Source: an uncultured delta proteobacterium
Lineage (GTDB): Bacteria > Desulfobacterota > Binatia > UBA9968
Length of the DNA stretch: 64,000 bases
Reading direction: 5' to 3'
Assembly: GCA_963745035.1 (NCBI GenBank)
Contig: CAVUVW010000013.1
Coordinates: forward strand, 1,152,001 to 1,216,000
Under the pieces are notes generated by a model, which worked only from the letters and a program-made list of their open reading frames with translations, ran no database searches and was not told the DNA's origin. This document shows, one piece after another, positions 1 to 9,108 of this stretch (position 1 is the first letter of the stretch; each line of letters opens with the position of its first letter). Both the position numbers and the translations under genes were made by a program.

Positions 1-66
1 GGCGCCAGCCACCAGACCGGCTGGACCGCTTTGGTCGCGAAATTGATTCAGCAATACAGAGAGTAG
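1..66 (+). CDS. 3' end of a glucosidase (GH63/MGH1-like), truncated by window edge
   Basis: Frame 1 reads GASHQTGWTALVAKLIQQYRE*; GASHQTGWT is the C-terminal motif of this family. Confidence 0.8.
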   Translation, partial: GASHQTGWTALVAKLIQQYRE

Positions 67-69
67 ATT

Positions 70-104
70 AGTCACCAGTAGCCAGATGTCAGTTGTCGGT
101 TGTT
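70..104. repeat. Degenerate 7-mer tandem array, left arm of inverted pair around the four-helix-bundle gene
   Basis: agtcacc agtagcc agatgtc agttgtc ggttgtt. Confidence 0.65.
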
Positions 105-145
105 GCCACAAGGTCCTGGCGGAGAGTTAGGTAGGCGCTCGCACT

Positions 146-503
146 ATGGCTCAGACCTACAAAGACTTGGTGGTATGGCAGAAAGCCATGCGGCTCGTGG
201 CAAACGTTTATCGGGAGACAGCTCATTTTCCCAGAGAAGAAATCTATGGGCTTACGAGTCAGTTGCGGCGTGCGGCTATTTCGATTCCCTGCAATATTGC
301 TGAAGGGCAGGGACGGCTAACCGACGGCGAATTCCAACAATTTTGGGCTACGGGCGAGGTTCTCTGCTCGAAGTGGAAACTTTGATTCTGATAGCGAGCG
401 ATCTTAAGTTCATTGATCCGGATGCTAGAACTGAGACCTTGAGCCTGGCAGCCGAAGTCGAAAAATTCTCAACGGTCTTCTAAACTCGATCTCCAAACGG
501 TAA
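146..503 (+). CDS. Four-helix-bundle protein (23S rRNA intervening-sequence protein family), two frameshifts
   Basis: YKDLVVWQKAM..FPREEIYGLTSQLRRAAISIPCNIAEG; continues GYGRGSLLEVETLILIASDL and ILNGLLNSISKR* after frameshifts at homopolymers ~341 and ~461. Confidence 0.88.
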
Positions 504-533
504 CTGGCGGCTGACTGCCGGTGACTGGCGACT
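503..533. repeat. Degenerate 7-mer tandem array, right arm (inverted relative to 70-104)
   Basis: Reverse complement reads agtcgcc agtcacc ggcagtc agccgcc agt. Confidence 0.65.
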
Positions 534-535
534 CC

Positions 536-1855
536 ATGGACCGCCATCGCACATTTCTTCCCGCCCTCGCTCTCGGGTTGGCCACTCTCGCCTTCATCGT
601 CGCCAAAACCGGACGAGACGCGCTTTTTTTCCAGGGAAGCGGCGGGTTGCTGCAACTGCCGCTCATCTATATCAACATCGGCGCCGCGGCGCTGCCGCTC
701 GCTCTGATCTTCGTCAAAGCGATGAAGGCGTGGGGCGCGCGGCCGGCGCGCGTCGGCATCCTCGTGCTCGCGGCATGCGTCATGGCCGGCAGCGCGCCGT
801 TTTTGCGGCCGGGGGATAATCCGCCGATGCTGGCCATGTTCATGTTCATTCCGGCGATCTTCGGTTTGTTGTTCGCCAGTCTCTGGTTGTTGGCGTCCGA
901 TCTTTTCGAGAAAACCGACAAGCGGGACGCGGCGCGGGCGTTCAGCAAGATCGGCGCGGCGACCCTGGCCGGCGGCATGACCGGCGGGCTCCTGTCGAAA
1001 GCTCTCGCGCCCCATCTCGCGCCGAAATGGCTGATCCTGCTCGCCGCCGTCGCCGTCTTCGGCGTCGCCGCGCTCGTGCTGCACATCCATCGCCGCTTTC
1101 CGAGCAACGTCCAGGCGAAAAAGGCAAGTGACGGCAAATCCGGCATCGTCGGGGTGGTATCCAACAAGTACGCGTTGACTTTGCTGTTCATCTCGATGAC
1201 CGGCGCTCTCGCCGGGCTGTTCATCGACTTTCAGTTCTATGCAGCCGCCGCGAGCGCGCGCATGAGCGCTGCGGGCAACGCCGATTTCTTCGCCAACTTT
1301 TATATCCTGCTCAACTTCAGCTCACTCATGCTGCAAATTTTTGCTACGCCGAAGATCCAGGACAGGATCGGTGTGCGCGGCGGCCTGATGGTTCTGCCGT
1401 TCGCCCTGGTCGGCGGCGCGGCTTTCGCATCGGCGGCGGCCACCGCGCTCAGCCGATCGGTGCTGCGCGTCACCGAAGGCGGACTGCGCTCGTCCGTGCA
1501 CCGCTCGATTTGGGAGCAAGCGTTTATTCCGGTGGATTCGTCGGATCGATCCACGGTCAAACTGATTGTCGATGGCGTCGCCGCGCGCATCGCGGAGGCG
1601 ATCGGCGCGCTAGCGATTCTGTTTTGGCTCAAGCGAGTCGTGCCCGCCGACAAGTTGGAAATGCCGCTCGACACCCGCTGGATGTCCTGGGTCATTCTTG
1701 CCACGGTTGCGACCTGGCTGATCATCACGCGTAGCCTTCGCACGCAATCGGCGGAAAGTTCCAGCGCCACACCCGCGCCGATGACGGACGTGGAATGCGA
1801 AAGATTCCCCGATCAGTGCCCGTGCACGACGGAGCTCGGCAAAGGAATCCGCTAA
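536..1855 (+). CDS. MFS-fold membrane transporter (Npt1/TLC ATP:ADP-translocase-like) with Cys-rich tail
   Basis: About 12 hydrophobic segments; KTGRDALF, W..ASDLF...AARAF and EGGLRSSVHRS...AFIPV motifs; ATG at 536. Confidence 0.7.
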   Translation: MDRHRTFLPALALGLATLAFIVAKTGRDALFFQGSGGLLQLPLIYINIGAAALPLALIFVKAMKAWGARPARVGILVLAACVMAGSAPFLRPGDNPPMLAMFMFIPAIFGLLFASLWLLASDLFEKTDKRDAARAFSKIGAATLAGGMTGGLLSKALAPHLAPKWLILLAAVAVFGVAALVLHIHRRFPSNVQAKKASDGKSGIVGVVSNKYALTLLFISMTGALAGLFIDFQFYAAAASARMSAAGNADFFANFYILLNFSSLMLQIFATPKIQDRIGVRGGLMVLPFALVGGAAFASAAATALSRSVLRVTEGGLRSSVHRSIWEQAFIPVDSSDRSTVKLIVDGVAARIAEAIGALAILFWLKRVVPADKLEMPLDTRWMSWVILATVATWLIITRSLRTQSAESSSATPAPMTDVECERFPDQCPCTTELGKGIR

Positions 1856-1921
1856 GAGCAGCCTCGTCCCCGTGCCTCGTTTCGATGGCATAACGCCGTC
1901 CGATAGGCTAATCCTACTTGC

Positions 1922-2830
1922 ATGCGCATCTGCTCCCTGCTGCCTGGCGCGACGGAGATCGCCTATCTGCTCGGCCTCGGCGAGCAAATCGTCGGAGTCA
2001 CTCACGAATGCGACTATCCGCCCGACGCCCAATACAAGCCGGTGGTGGTCCGAAGCGCCGTCGATGCAAGCCTCATGTCGAGCGATGAGATCGACCGCAA
2101 AGTCGCTGCGCTGCTGCAGGCAGGTAAAGGGCTTTACACGATCGACGAGGAAAAATTGGCCGAAGCTGCGCCCGACCTGATCCTAACCCAGGGCCTGTGC
2201 GAGGTTTGCGCTCTCGACTACGACACGGTCGTCAAGGCAGCAAAGCGCCTGCCGAGCACACCGGAGATTGTGTCGCTCAATCCGCATTCGCTGGCGGAAA
2301 TTCTCGACGATATCGCGCGCGTGGGCGCCGCGACCCGTCGAGAAACCGCGGCGGCCGACGTCGTGAGTGACCTCCGCGGGCGAATCGAGCGCATCGGGCT
2401 GCGCGAACCCGACTATCGACCGCGGGTGGTCTGTCTCGAATGGTTTGAGCCGCTCTATGTCGCCGGCCACTGGGTACCGGAAATGGTCGCGCTCGCCGGC
2501 GGCTTCGACGCGCTCGGCCGGAAAGGCGAACCGTCGTTTAAAATCGAATGGCAGAAAGTGCTGGCTGCCAAACCGGACGTGATCCTGCTCATGCCCTGCG
2601 GCTTCGACGTGCGCCGCACGGTCAAAGAATCGACGCCGCTGCGCGGTCTTGAAGGATGGAACGATCTGCCCGCGGTGAAATCCGGCAACGTCTACGCGCT
2701 CAACGGCAGCGCCTATTTCAGCCGGCCCGGTCCGAGGCTGGTGAACGGCCTGGAGATTCTCGCCAGAATCATTCATCCGGAGCAGATCACTGAAACGCTA
2801 TTGAGCTCGGATGCCGCGAGATTAAATTAG
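1922..2830 (+). CDS. Cobalamin/Fe-siderophore-type binding protein (BtuF-like), no signal peptide
   Basis: MRICSLLPGATEI..GVTHECDYP..TQGLCEVCA..AGHWVPEM..YFSRPGPRL. Confidence 0.85.
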   Translation: MRICSLLPGATEIAYLLGLGEQIVGVTHECDYPPDAQYKPVVVRSAVDASLMSSDEIDRKVAALLQAGKGLYTIDEEKLAEAAPDLILTQGLCEVCALDYDTVVKAAKRLPSTPEIVSLNPHSLAEILDDIARVGAATRRETAAADVVSDLRGRIERIGLREPDYRPRVVCLEWFEPLYVAGHWVPEMVALAGGFDALGRKGEPSFKIEWQKVLAAKPDVILLMPCGFDVRRTVKESTPLRGLEGWNDLPAVKSGNVYALNGSAYFSRPGPRLVNGLEILARIIHPEQITETLLSSDAARLN

Positions 2831-2985
2831 TGCGGTTCCGAGCGAACGCGAGAAATCTCCTCCCCTGTACGATCCGAAACGAACGCAAACCGAACTACTA
2901 CCCGTTTATTCCACCGGCAAAAGTTGACCGCCAAAATCTCCAGTGATAGCGTCGCCGCAGCATTTCACGTCGTGAGGAGAATCTT

Positions 2986-3717
2986 ATGGGCAAGAGTATC
3001 GTTGTCACCGGTGCCGCCGGTGGGATTTGTTCGGATATCTGCCGTGGGCTGGCGGCCGACGGATTGAACGTCGTCGTCGCGGATTACGCCAAGGCAGCGG
3101 CGGAGAAGGTCGCGGCGGAAATTTGTGACAACAAAGGCAGCGCCATCGCCGTGCAGGTCGATGTCGGCGATCCCAAGAGCGTAGCCGACATGATGCAGCA
3201 GGCGATCGCCAAATACGGCCAAGTCGACTATGCGTTTTGCGGCGCCGGCGTGATGGATCGCGTTCCCGTCGTAGATATGCCGGAAGAAATGTGGGATCGG
3301 CTGATGAGAATCAATCTAAAAGGCGTTTTCCTTTGCGCTCAGGCCGCGGCCAAGCACATGATTCCGCGAAGAGAAGGCCGGATCCTCAGCATCGCCTCGG
3401 GCCGGGGAGTCGCCGGCGCGCCGCGCTCGGCGCATTACGCGGCATCGAAAGCCGGCGTCATCGCGTTTACCAAATCGCTGGCCGCGGAGCTGGCGGCGGA
3501 CAATATCACCGTCAACTGCGTCTGTCCGGGCGCGACGGATACGCCGATGTCGCGCATCGGCTTCACACCGGATCAATTCAAGAAGCGCGAGGAAATCCCG
3601 CCGCTGATGGACGGCCTCACCCACAAATTCGAAATTGTCGGCCTGGTCCGCTACCTGCTCTCCGACGCGACCAAATTTGTCACCGGTCAAACTTTCTTCC
3701 TGCGCACGCCCAAGTAA
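2986..3717 (+). CDS. Short-chain dehydrogenase/reductase
   Basis: TGAAGGIC Rossmann motif, YAASK catalytic motif, VCPG. Confidence 0.92.
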   Translation: MGKSIVVTGAAGGICSDICRGLAADGLNVVVADYAKAAAEKVAAEICDNKGSAIAVQVDVGDPKSVADMMQQAIAKYGQVDYAFCGAGVMDRVPVVDMPEEMWDRLMRINLKGVFLCAQAAAKHMIPRREGRILSIASGRGVAGAPRSAHYAASKAGVIAFTKSLAAELAADNITVNCVCPGATDTPMSRIGFTPDQFKKREEIPPLMDGLTHKFEIVGLVRYLLSDATKFVTGQTFFLRTPK

Positions 3718-3976
3718 ACCCACTCACGGTACAACGATAAAGGCAGCGCCGAATTGGCGCGGCCACCGAGCAACTCAGCAGGCTCGGTGCCATATGGATT
3801 ATTTTTCGACACCCATACAATGGCGGGCATTGCGCTTCGCGCCGCCGACTGCTGCCGAGCGTCATTGCGAGGAGCGCGAGCGTGCTAAGGTGTGTAAAAA
3901 ACTGCCGGATACTCGGGTTAGCTCATCATGACGACTGCGCGCCTTCCTTCCGGGCACACAGTCTCACCGGAGCAAG

Positions 3977-4348
3977 TCAGTTGATCAAACCCGTGGAGCT
4001 ATCGAAGGTGAAGCTCGGCTGGCTGCCGCTAGGACGGCTCGCAGTCAAAGTGAAGGTCGACGGCGTGGGCACGCTGATGGCAAGTGTGACACCGAAAGTT
4101 TTTCTGTACCCGACCAGGAGAATCGCTGCTTCGGTGCTTGGATACGCGAGGAACTCTCCGTAGTAGCTTTCCATGGCCAAGGCCGCGTTCTTGAGATCCG
4201 AGCGCATCGATGCGTCGATCGCGCGGGCGCGGTGGAGCTGAAACTGCTGTACGGCGATCGCGACAAGAATGCCTAGAACCGCGACCACGACGATTAACTC
4301 CAGCAACGTGAAACCACTTTCGGAATTGGCGGTCTTTGAGAGCCCCAT
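3977..4348 (-). CDS. Type IV pilin-like protein
   Basis: Class III signal G|FTLLELIVVVAVLGILVAIA, then ARAIDASMRSDLKNA. Confidence 0.9.
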   Translation of the reverse strand: MGLSKTANSESGFTLLELIVVVAVLGILVAIAVQQFQLHRARAIDASMRSDLKNAALAMESYYGEFLAYPSTEAAILLVGYRKTFGVTLAISVPTPSTFTLTASRPSGSQPSFTFDSSTGLIN

Positions 4349-4505
4349 CTGCGTACACCGAGAAGATCCGAGGTAAATTGGCAGAAAAAATAGCACACCT
4401 TTCTAAAAACTGCCAGTATTTTGTGGGGCAATGAGATAGTACCGCCGGATATGCGACCGCTTGCGTGCGGTCCCACTGCTTGCCGTTCGTGCTTTCGCAG
4501 ATCGA

Positions 4506-5588
4506 TCAAGTGCCGAACATCGGCATACGGGTTTCAGCACCCCGTCGCACGCATTCGGCGGTAAAAATCTTGTGGATTTCGGGATTTTGATCCTCGTATT
4601 CGATCTGCGCGCCACCCTTTTTGACGTCCTCACCGGTATCCTTCAACTCCTCGACTTTGAATTTGAAACCCCAGGGCTTGAGCGCCAGGTACCGCGCCGG
4701 CTCCGGACCCGGATTGAAATGCTGATGCCACCACTGCATGGGCGGCACGAACATGCTCATGCGCCCCCACTCGACCCGCTTCTTGGTGCCGTACTCGCCT
4801 TCCGGCCAGAGAAACGAATAGCCTGAGCCGGTGAGCATGACGATGTGCGCCCCGGCGCCGTGGCGGTGGGCCTTTTTGTATTTGCCGACGGGAAACTCGG
4901 AAATATGGGCGCTCATCGTATTATCGACGAATTCGAACAACGTCGTGCGGTTATCGCCGCCCCGCTCCTTGTAGTCCTTGGGCTGAAACCCCCAGAGATC
5001 GGCGATGAAGTTGGACTCCCACACCCGTCCGCGCTTGACCTCGGGAAGGTATCTTCCGCCTTTGCCCCACTCGTCCGCGCCGCCGCTGTAGCGATCGCCG
5101 AAAATGAAGTTGTTGTTGAACACGTAGTCGAGATTGCGGTACCGGTTGATGATCACCGGCGCGTCGGTCAGAGAAACCATACGCACGGGCGTTTTCCCCT
5201 GGGCGTTGAAGTGCTGGTGCCAGGTATTGAGCGGAGTCGAGAAGAGACTGCCCTTCTGCCATTCGAGTGTGTGCTTCTTACCGCCCTCGTTCCAGATCGT
5301 GGTCGCGCCCTGGCCCTCAAGAACGAAGATCGCCTTCTCATACATGTGGCGCTGTGGCTTGAGCTCGCTGCCGGGCGCTATTTCTTCGATCAAGACGTCG
5401 CAGGTACCGCCGGCGCCGTCCATGTTGGCAAAGGCGGCCTTGCCGCCGTTGCGCGCCCAATCACCGAGCTTCAGCTCCAGCAGATCCGGGAGAATAAAAT
5501 CCTTGTACACCGGTATCTCTTCCCATTCCTGGTAAATCTCGTACGGGCTCTTGCCCGAAAAGGCGGAGGCTTCATTCAAGTTTTTCAT
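4506..5588 (-). CDS. Bicupin protein (gentisate 1,2-dioxygenase-like fold)
   Basis: QRHMYE..PLNTWHQHFN and KAHRHGAGAH..PPMQWWHQHFN cupin motifs. Confidence 0.85.
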   Translation of the reverse strand: MKNLNEASAFSGKSPYEIYQEWEEIPVYKDFILPDLLELKLGDWARNGGKAAFANMDGAGGTCDVLIEEIAPGSELKPQRHMYEKAIFVLEGQGATTIWNEGGKKHTLEWQKGSLFSTPLNTWHQHFNAQGKTPVRMVSLTDAPVIINRYRNLDYVFNNNFIFGDRYSGGADEWGKGGRYLPEVKRGRVWESNFIADLWGFQPKDYKERGGDNRTTLFEFVDNTMSAHISEFPVGKYKKAHRHGAGAHIVMLTGSGYSFLWPEGEYGTKKRVEWGRMSMFVPPMQWWHQHFNPGPEPARYLALKPWGFKFKVEELKDTGEDVKKGGAQIEYEDQNPEIHKIFTAECVRRGAETRMPMFGT

Positions 5589-5649
5589 GGCGTTTCCTTC
5601 CTTGGTTTTTCAGACGCTGACGGCCGCGCCGCGTCGCTGCGGACCAATC

Positions 5650-6354
5650 TCAGTGAATCTGCTCCATATAATAACCCAGCGCGCCGCGATAGGCGCGATC
5701 GATCGCCATGGAGTCGCGCGCGCCAAGCAGCACGAGATCGCGATCTTCAGGCGTCTTCACGTAGCGCTCGAACATCTCGGAAATATTTTCCGAGTGTTCG
5801 GTGTCGGCGACCACGTGAACGTCGAGGGAAATCATTCTTTTCAAGTTGATGCCGAGCTCATTTTCGAACTTCTTGCCGACCCGGTACGACATGCCGCCGC
5901 CTTTGACGATCTTGCCGTTGTTGCGCCGCTCGAGCATGTGCGAAGAAGTATAAGCCGTCAGCCAGTGACTGCGCAGCGCGACGTGGTGCCAGGCGTAGAA
6001 ACAGGCGCGCACCATCGCGGGCACCTCGGCTTTCTCGAAATCCTCCGGCGTTAACCCGATGACTTCACCCTGCTTGACCGTCAGCGCGTAATGGTCCATG
6101 CCCGCGCGCGGATCGTTGACCAGCTCGTCGCTCTCGTGCTCCCAAATCACCCGCTTCACCGCCAGCGGCGCGCCGCCTTGCACGTAGCCCCAGCAATCGC
6201 GCCGGTTGCTGGTGTAGAGCGCGTTTTGCAGGACGTAAAACCTTCCCCGTTCCAACGTCAGCGGCACCGCGAGAAAATTCTTGAACTCGACGCTCTCGAA
6301 TTGATCGTTGACCATCTGGTCCAGTGTTTTGAGCAGGTCTCCCACAAGATCCAT
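5650..6354 (-). CDS. Heme-oxygenase-like diiron protein (PqqC/CADD/TenA fold)
   Basis: WEHESDE..MDH..HMLE..VHVVADTEH; candidate E/H/E/H/D/H ligands. Confidence 0.75.
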   Translation of the reverse strand: MDLVGDLLKTLDQMVNDQFESVEFKNFLAVPLTLERGRFYVLQNALYTSNRRDCWGYVQGGAPLAVKRVIWEHESDELVNDPRAGMDHYALTVKQGEVIGLTPEDFEKAEVPAMVRACFYAWHHVALRSHWLTAYTSSHMLERRNNGKIVKGGGMSYRVGKKFENELGINLKRMISLDVHVVADTEHSENISEMFERYVKTPEDRDLVLLGARDSMAIDRAYRGALGYYMEQIH

Positions 6355-6378
6355 GCTGATCTCCCAGGTCGTTTGGCT

Positions 6379-7092
6379 TTACGGCAGAGCCGCGAGCATG
6401 TCGGCAAGATGGCCGCGATAAACTCGGTCGATCAGCAGGCTCTCGCGCGCGCCGCGCACCAGCGCCCGGCGCGCCGCTTCGGTGGTCGCGTGCCGGCGCG
6501 CCACCTGCATCAATAAATGTGCGTGCTCGACGTCCATCGTCACGTGCTCGGCGTTGTTGATCTGCTTTTTTACCGGGATGCCGAGATCGCGCTCGAGCAT
6601 TCGGCTGATCCGCAAAGACAGCGAACCGCCTTGGATCAGCTCGCTCGAGTTGCGCATTTCGAGGATCGCCGAGCCGGCGAGCGCCTCGAGCCAGGGACGC
6701 TGCGCCAAGCGAATCCAGGCGCTGAAACAGACTTCACCGCCTTCCAGACGCGCCGCGCGCTCGAACGCTTCGGCGCTCAGCCCGAACACAGCCCCTTCCT
6801 GGACGGCCAAAGTGATATGATCGACCTTGCCCTGGGCCTTCCGGCCGATCAGCTCGTCCTCCTCGTGGTGCCAGATCGATTGCTTGACGTCGAGCGGCGC
6901 CGAGCCCTGCACGTAGCCCCAGCAATCGCGCCGGTTTTCCACGTAGTAGGCCATCTGAATCGAATACTGCTGCGCTCTTTTCTGCGAAAACTTCGTGCCG
7001 AGCAGGCGTTGAAACGGCGCCGAGGCGAATTGCTCGTTGACCAATCTGACCAACTCCGCCCAGGTCGTTTCGATACTGTCCGTGATTCCCAT
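6379..7092 (-). CDS. Heme-oxygenase-like diiron protein, paralog of neighbour
   Basis: Shares NRRDCWGYVQG.APL.VK..IW.HE.DEL; EHVTMDVEH; start at MGITDS. Confidence 0.75.
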   Translation of the reverse strand: MGITDSIETTWAELVRLVNEQFASAPFQRLLGTKFSQKRAQQYSIQMAYYVENRRDCWGYVQGSAPLDVKQSIWHHEEDELIGRKAQGKVDHITLAVQEGAVFGLSAEAFERAARLEGGEVCFSAWIRLAQRPWLEALAGSAILEMRNSSELIQGGSLSLRISRMLERDLGIPVKKQINNAEHVTMDVEHAHLLMQVARRHATTEAARRALVRGARESLLIDRVYRGHLADMLAALP

Positions 7093-7222
7093 CAAACTTC
7101 CTCGACCGCGCTTGCCGCTTCTTAACACAAGCAAGTTTGCCGTGTCCAACCAAGGGGCGCGTTCATTTTCTTTTCGCCGCTGCCGGAAGCTTGCCCCAGC
7201 GGGCGGGGAAACGCGCATGTTC

Positions 7223-8173
7223 TTAACTCGCTTCATCGAGCGAAATAAACAAATCGGCAAGGGTCATCGGCTTGGCGAACAGGCCCTGCTCGCCGGCGTA
7301 GCGCACCAATGCATTGAGCGCCTTTTCGTTGCCCTTGATGCCGAATCTCCACGGATCCGGTCCCAGCACGGCCCGCTGTTCTTCCCATACCTGGCGATTC
7401 CACGCGAAATTGGAATACGTCGCGTCCGCGTCGTCGCGCAACGCCAGATTCTTCGCCTCCACGCAAGCGTCGAACATCTCTTGAGCCGCCGAAGGATGTT
7501 TTTCCAAATATGACGAATGAAACGTAATCGCATGGCTGGTCGGGAAAACACCGCTCCGCCGGAACGATTCCTGCTCGACTGACTTCGAGTCGGGCAACAG
7601 CCGGCGCCAGCCTCTTTCCTCCGGAAAATCCGGCACGATGATCGCGTCGAATTCGCCCTGGAGCATGCGCTTCGTAAGCGAGTGCTCGCTCGGTACGACA
7701 TCGAGACGCGTCCCGACGGGCAGCGATAATTCCACTTTGTTCGGCCGCGGCATCACCCAGTGAATATCCTGCGCCTTTACGCCGTACTCATCGCTGAGAA
7801 TCCCGCGCACCCAGAGGCCGCAGGTATTGAGCCAGCCCGGGATGCCGACTTTCTTGCCCTTCAACTGCGCCGGCTCTTTGAGCGGCGAGTTTTCCGGCAC
7901 GAAAATGTAGGAATGGCGAAACTTGCGATTAGGAAAAGCCGGGATAGCCATATACGGCTTGCCGCGGCTTTTGAGGGCGCAGTAATTCGCCAGCGAGAAT
8001 TCACCCGTATCGTATTTTCCCGCGAGAAATTGCTCGTGGCCCTCGCCGTCGCTCTCGAAAGGCTCAGCCCTGAGCGTGAAACTTTTCAGCTTCACCCGCC
8101 CGTCGCACATGGGCTTCGCGCGTAGATGATAACCAGCCGCCAGCGATAACTCCGGTCTTTGACTGTCGCTCAT
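7223..8173 (-). CDS. 4,5-dihydroxyphthalate decarboxylase-like protein (PBP fold)
   Basis: EFSLANY..AIPAFPNRKFRHSYIFV..LKGKKVGIP..WVRGILSDEYG..GVFPTSH..DPWRFGI. Confidence 0.8.
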   Translation of the reverse strand: MSDSQRPELSLAAGYHLRAKPMCDGRVKLKSFTLRAEPFESDGEGHEQFLAGKYDTGEFSLANYCALKSRGKPYMAIPAFPNRKFRHSYIFVPENSPLKEPAQLKGKKVGIPGWLNTCGLWVRGILSDEYGVKAQDIHWVMPRPNKVELSLPVGTRLDVVPSEHSLTKRMLQGEFDAIIVPDFPEERGWRRLLPDSKSVEQESFRRSGVFPTSHAITFHSSYLEKHPSAAQEMFDACVEAKNLALRDDADATYSNFAWNRQVWEEQRAVLGPDPWRFGIKGNEKALNALVRYAGEQGLFAKPMTLADLFISLDEAS

Positions 8174-9105
8174 CGCAAACTCCTTAGGATCGAATAATCG
8201 ACGACTTCGTTTATCGAAAGACTCTTCTCACCTTCGCTCCGCGCATAGGGACCGTCGAGCGCCTTCTTCAAGCGCTCCTCCGGCATGATCATGTCATCGA
8301 GCATCACCTCGCGAATCTCGTTGTAGGAATTCTCCGCGATGCGCTCGTTCACTTTGAAGCTCTGGCGAATATAATCGATGGTGCCGGGACGGTCCTGCTT
8401 GATGCGGCGATAGGATTCGAGCAGCGCTTTGAGGCTTTTGCGAATGCGCTCGGGGCGGCTGCGCAGTTTTTCCTGGCTCGTCGCCATGCCGTTGAACGGC
8501 GACTCGGCCACGTCGCTGGTTTTGGCCAGGACTTTGTAGCCTTGAACGACCATCTCGCCGGTGAATGGCGGGCTCAGCACCGAGGCGTCCAGGGAATTTT
8601 GCTGCAGGCCGATCATGCTGACAATCGTGCTTCCGGTTTGAATGAAGGTCACCTTGCGCACGTCGACGCCGTTTTGCGTCAACATCCACACCGCTCCGTT
8701 GTGGCTTTCGGAACCGATGCGCGAGACGCCGACTTTCTTGCCTTCGAGGTCCTTCGGAGTTTTGACCGCCGCGCCGCTCACGAGCGAAAAGAGCGGCGCG
8801 CGGTAAAGCACCGCCAGCACTTTGAGCGGCGCGCCCTTGCGCATCGCCTCGAACGCCGTGCCCACGCCGGACATGAAGTCGAGTTCGCCGGAAGCGACCC
8901 CAGCCACCTGTAGATTACTGCGGATTTGAATGATCTCGGCGCGCAACCCTTCTCTGTCGAAAAATCCTTTGTCCTTGGCGTAGTAGTACGGCATCAAGAC
9001 CACGTTACGCACCGACAACGCGATCCTTACCGTCTCTTGCGCGTCGGCAAGTGTCACGCAGCATAGGCTCGCGACTAGAACGAAACAATAAACGACTGAT
9101 TTCAT
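8170..9105 (-). CDS. ABC substrate-binding protein (NMT1/THI5/SsuA-like)
   Basis: Signal peptide; YAKDKGFFDREGL; DLEGKKVGVSRIGSES. Confidence 0.85.
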   Translation of the reverse strand: MKSVVYCFVLVASLCCVTLADAQETVRIALSVRNVVLMPYYYAKDKGFFDREGLRAEIIQIRSNLQVAGVASGELDFMSGVGTAFEAMRKGAPLKVLAVLYRAPLFSLVSGAAVKTPKDLEGKKVGVSRIGSESHNGAVWMLTQNGVDVRKVTFIQTGSTIVSMIGLQQNSLDASVLSPPFTGEMVVQGYKVLAKTSDVAESPFNGMATSQEKLRSRPERIRKSLKALLESYRRIKQDRPGTIDYIRQSFKVNERIAENSYNEIREVMLDDMIMPEERLKKALDGPYARSEGEKSLSINEVVDYSILRSLR

Positions 9106-9108
9106 CGA

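Noticed and set aside
146-503. Diversity-generating retroelement (Avd-like gene)
   Set aside because: No reverse transcriptase or TR/VR repeat pair in the window.
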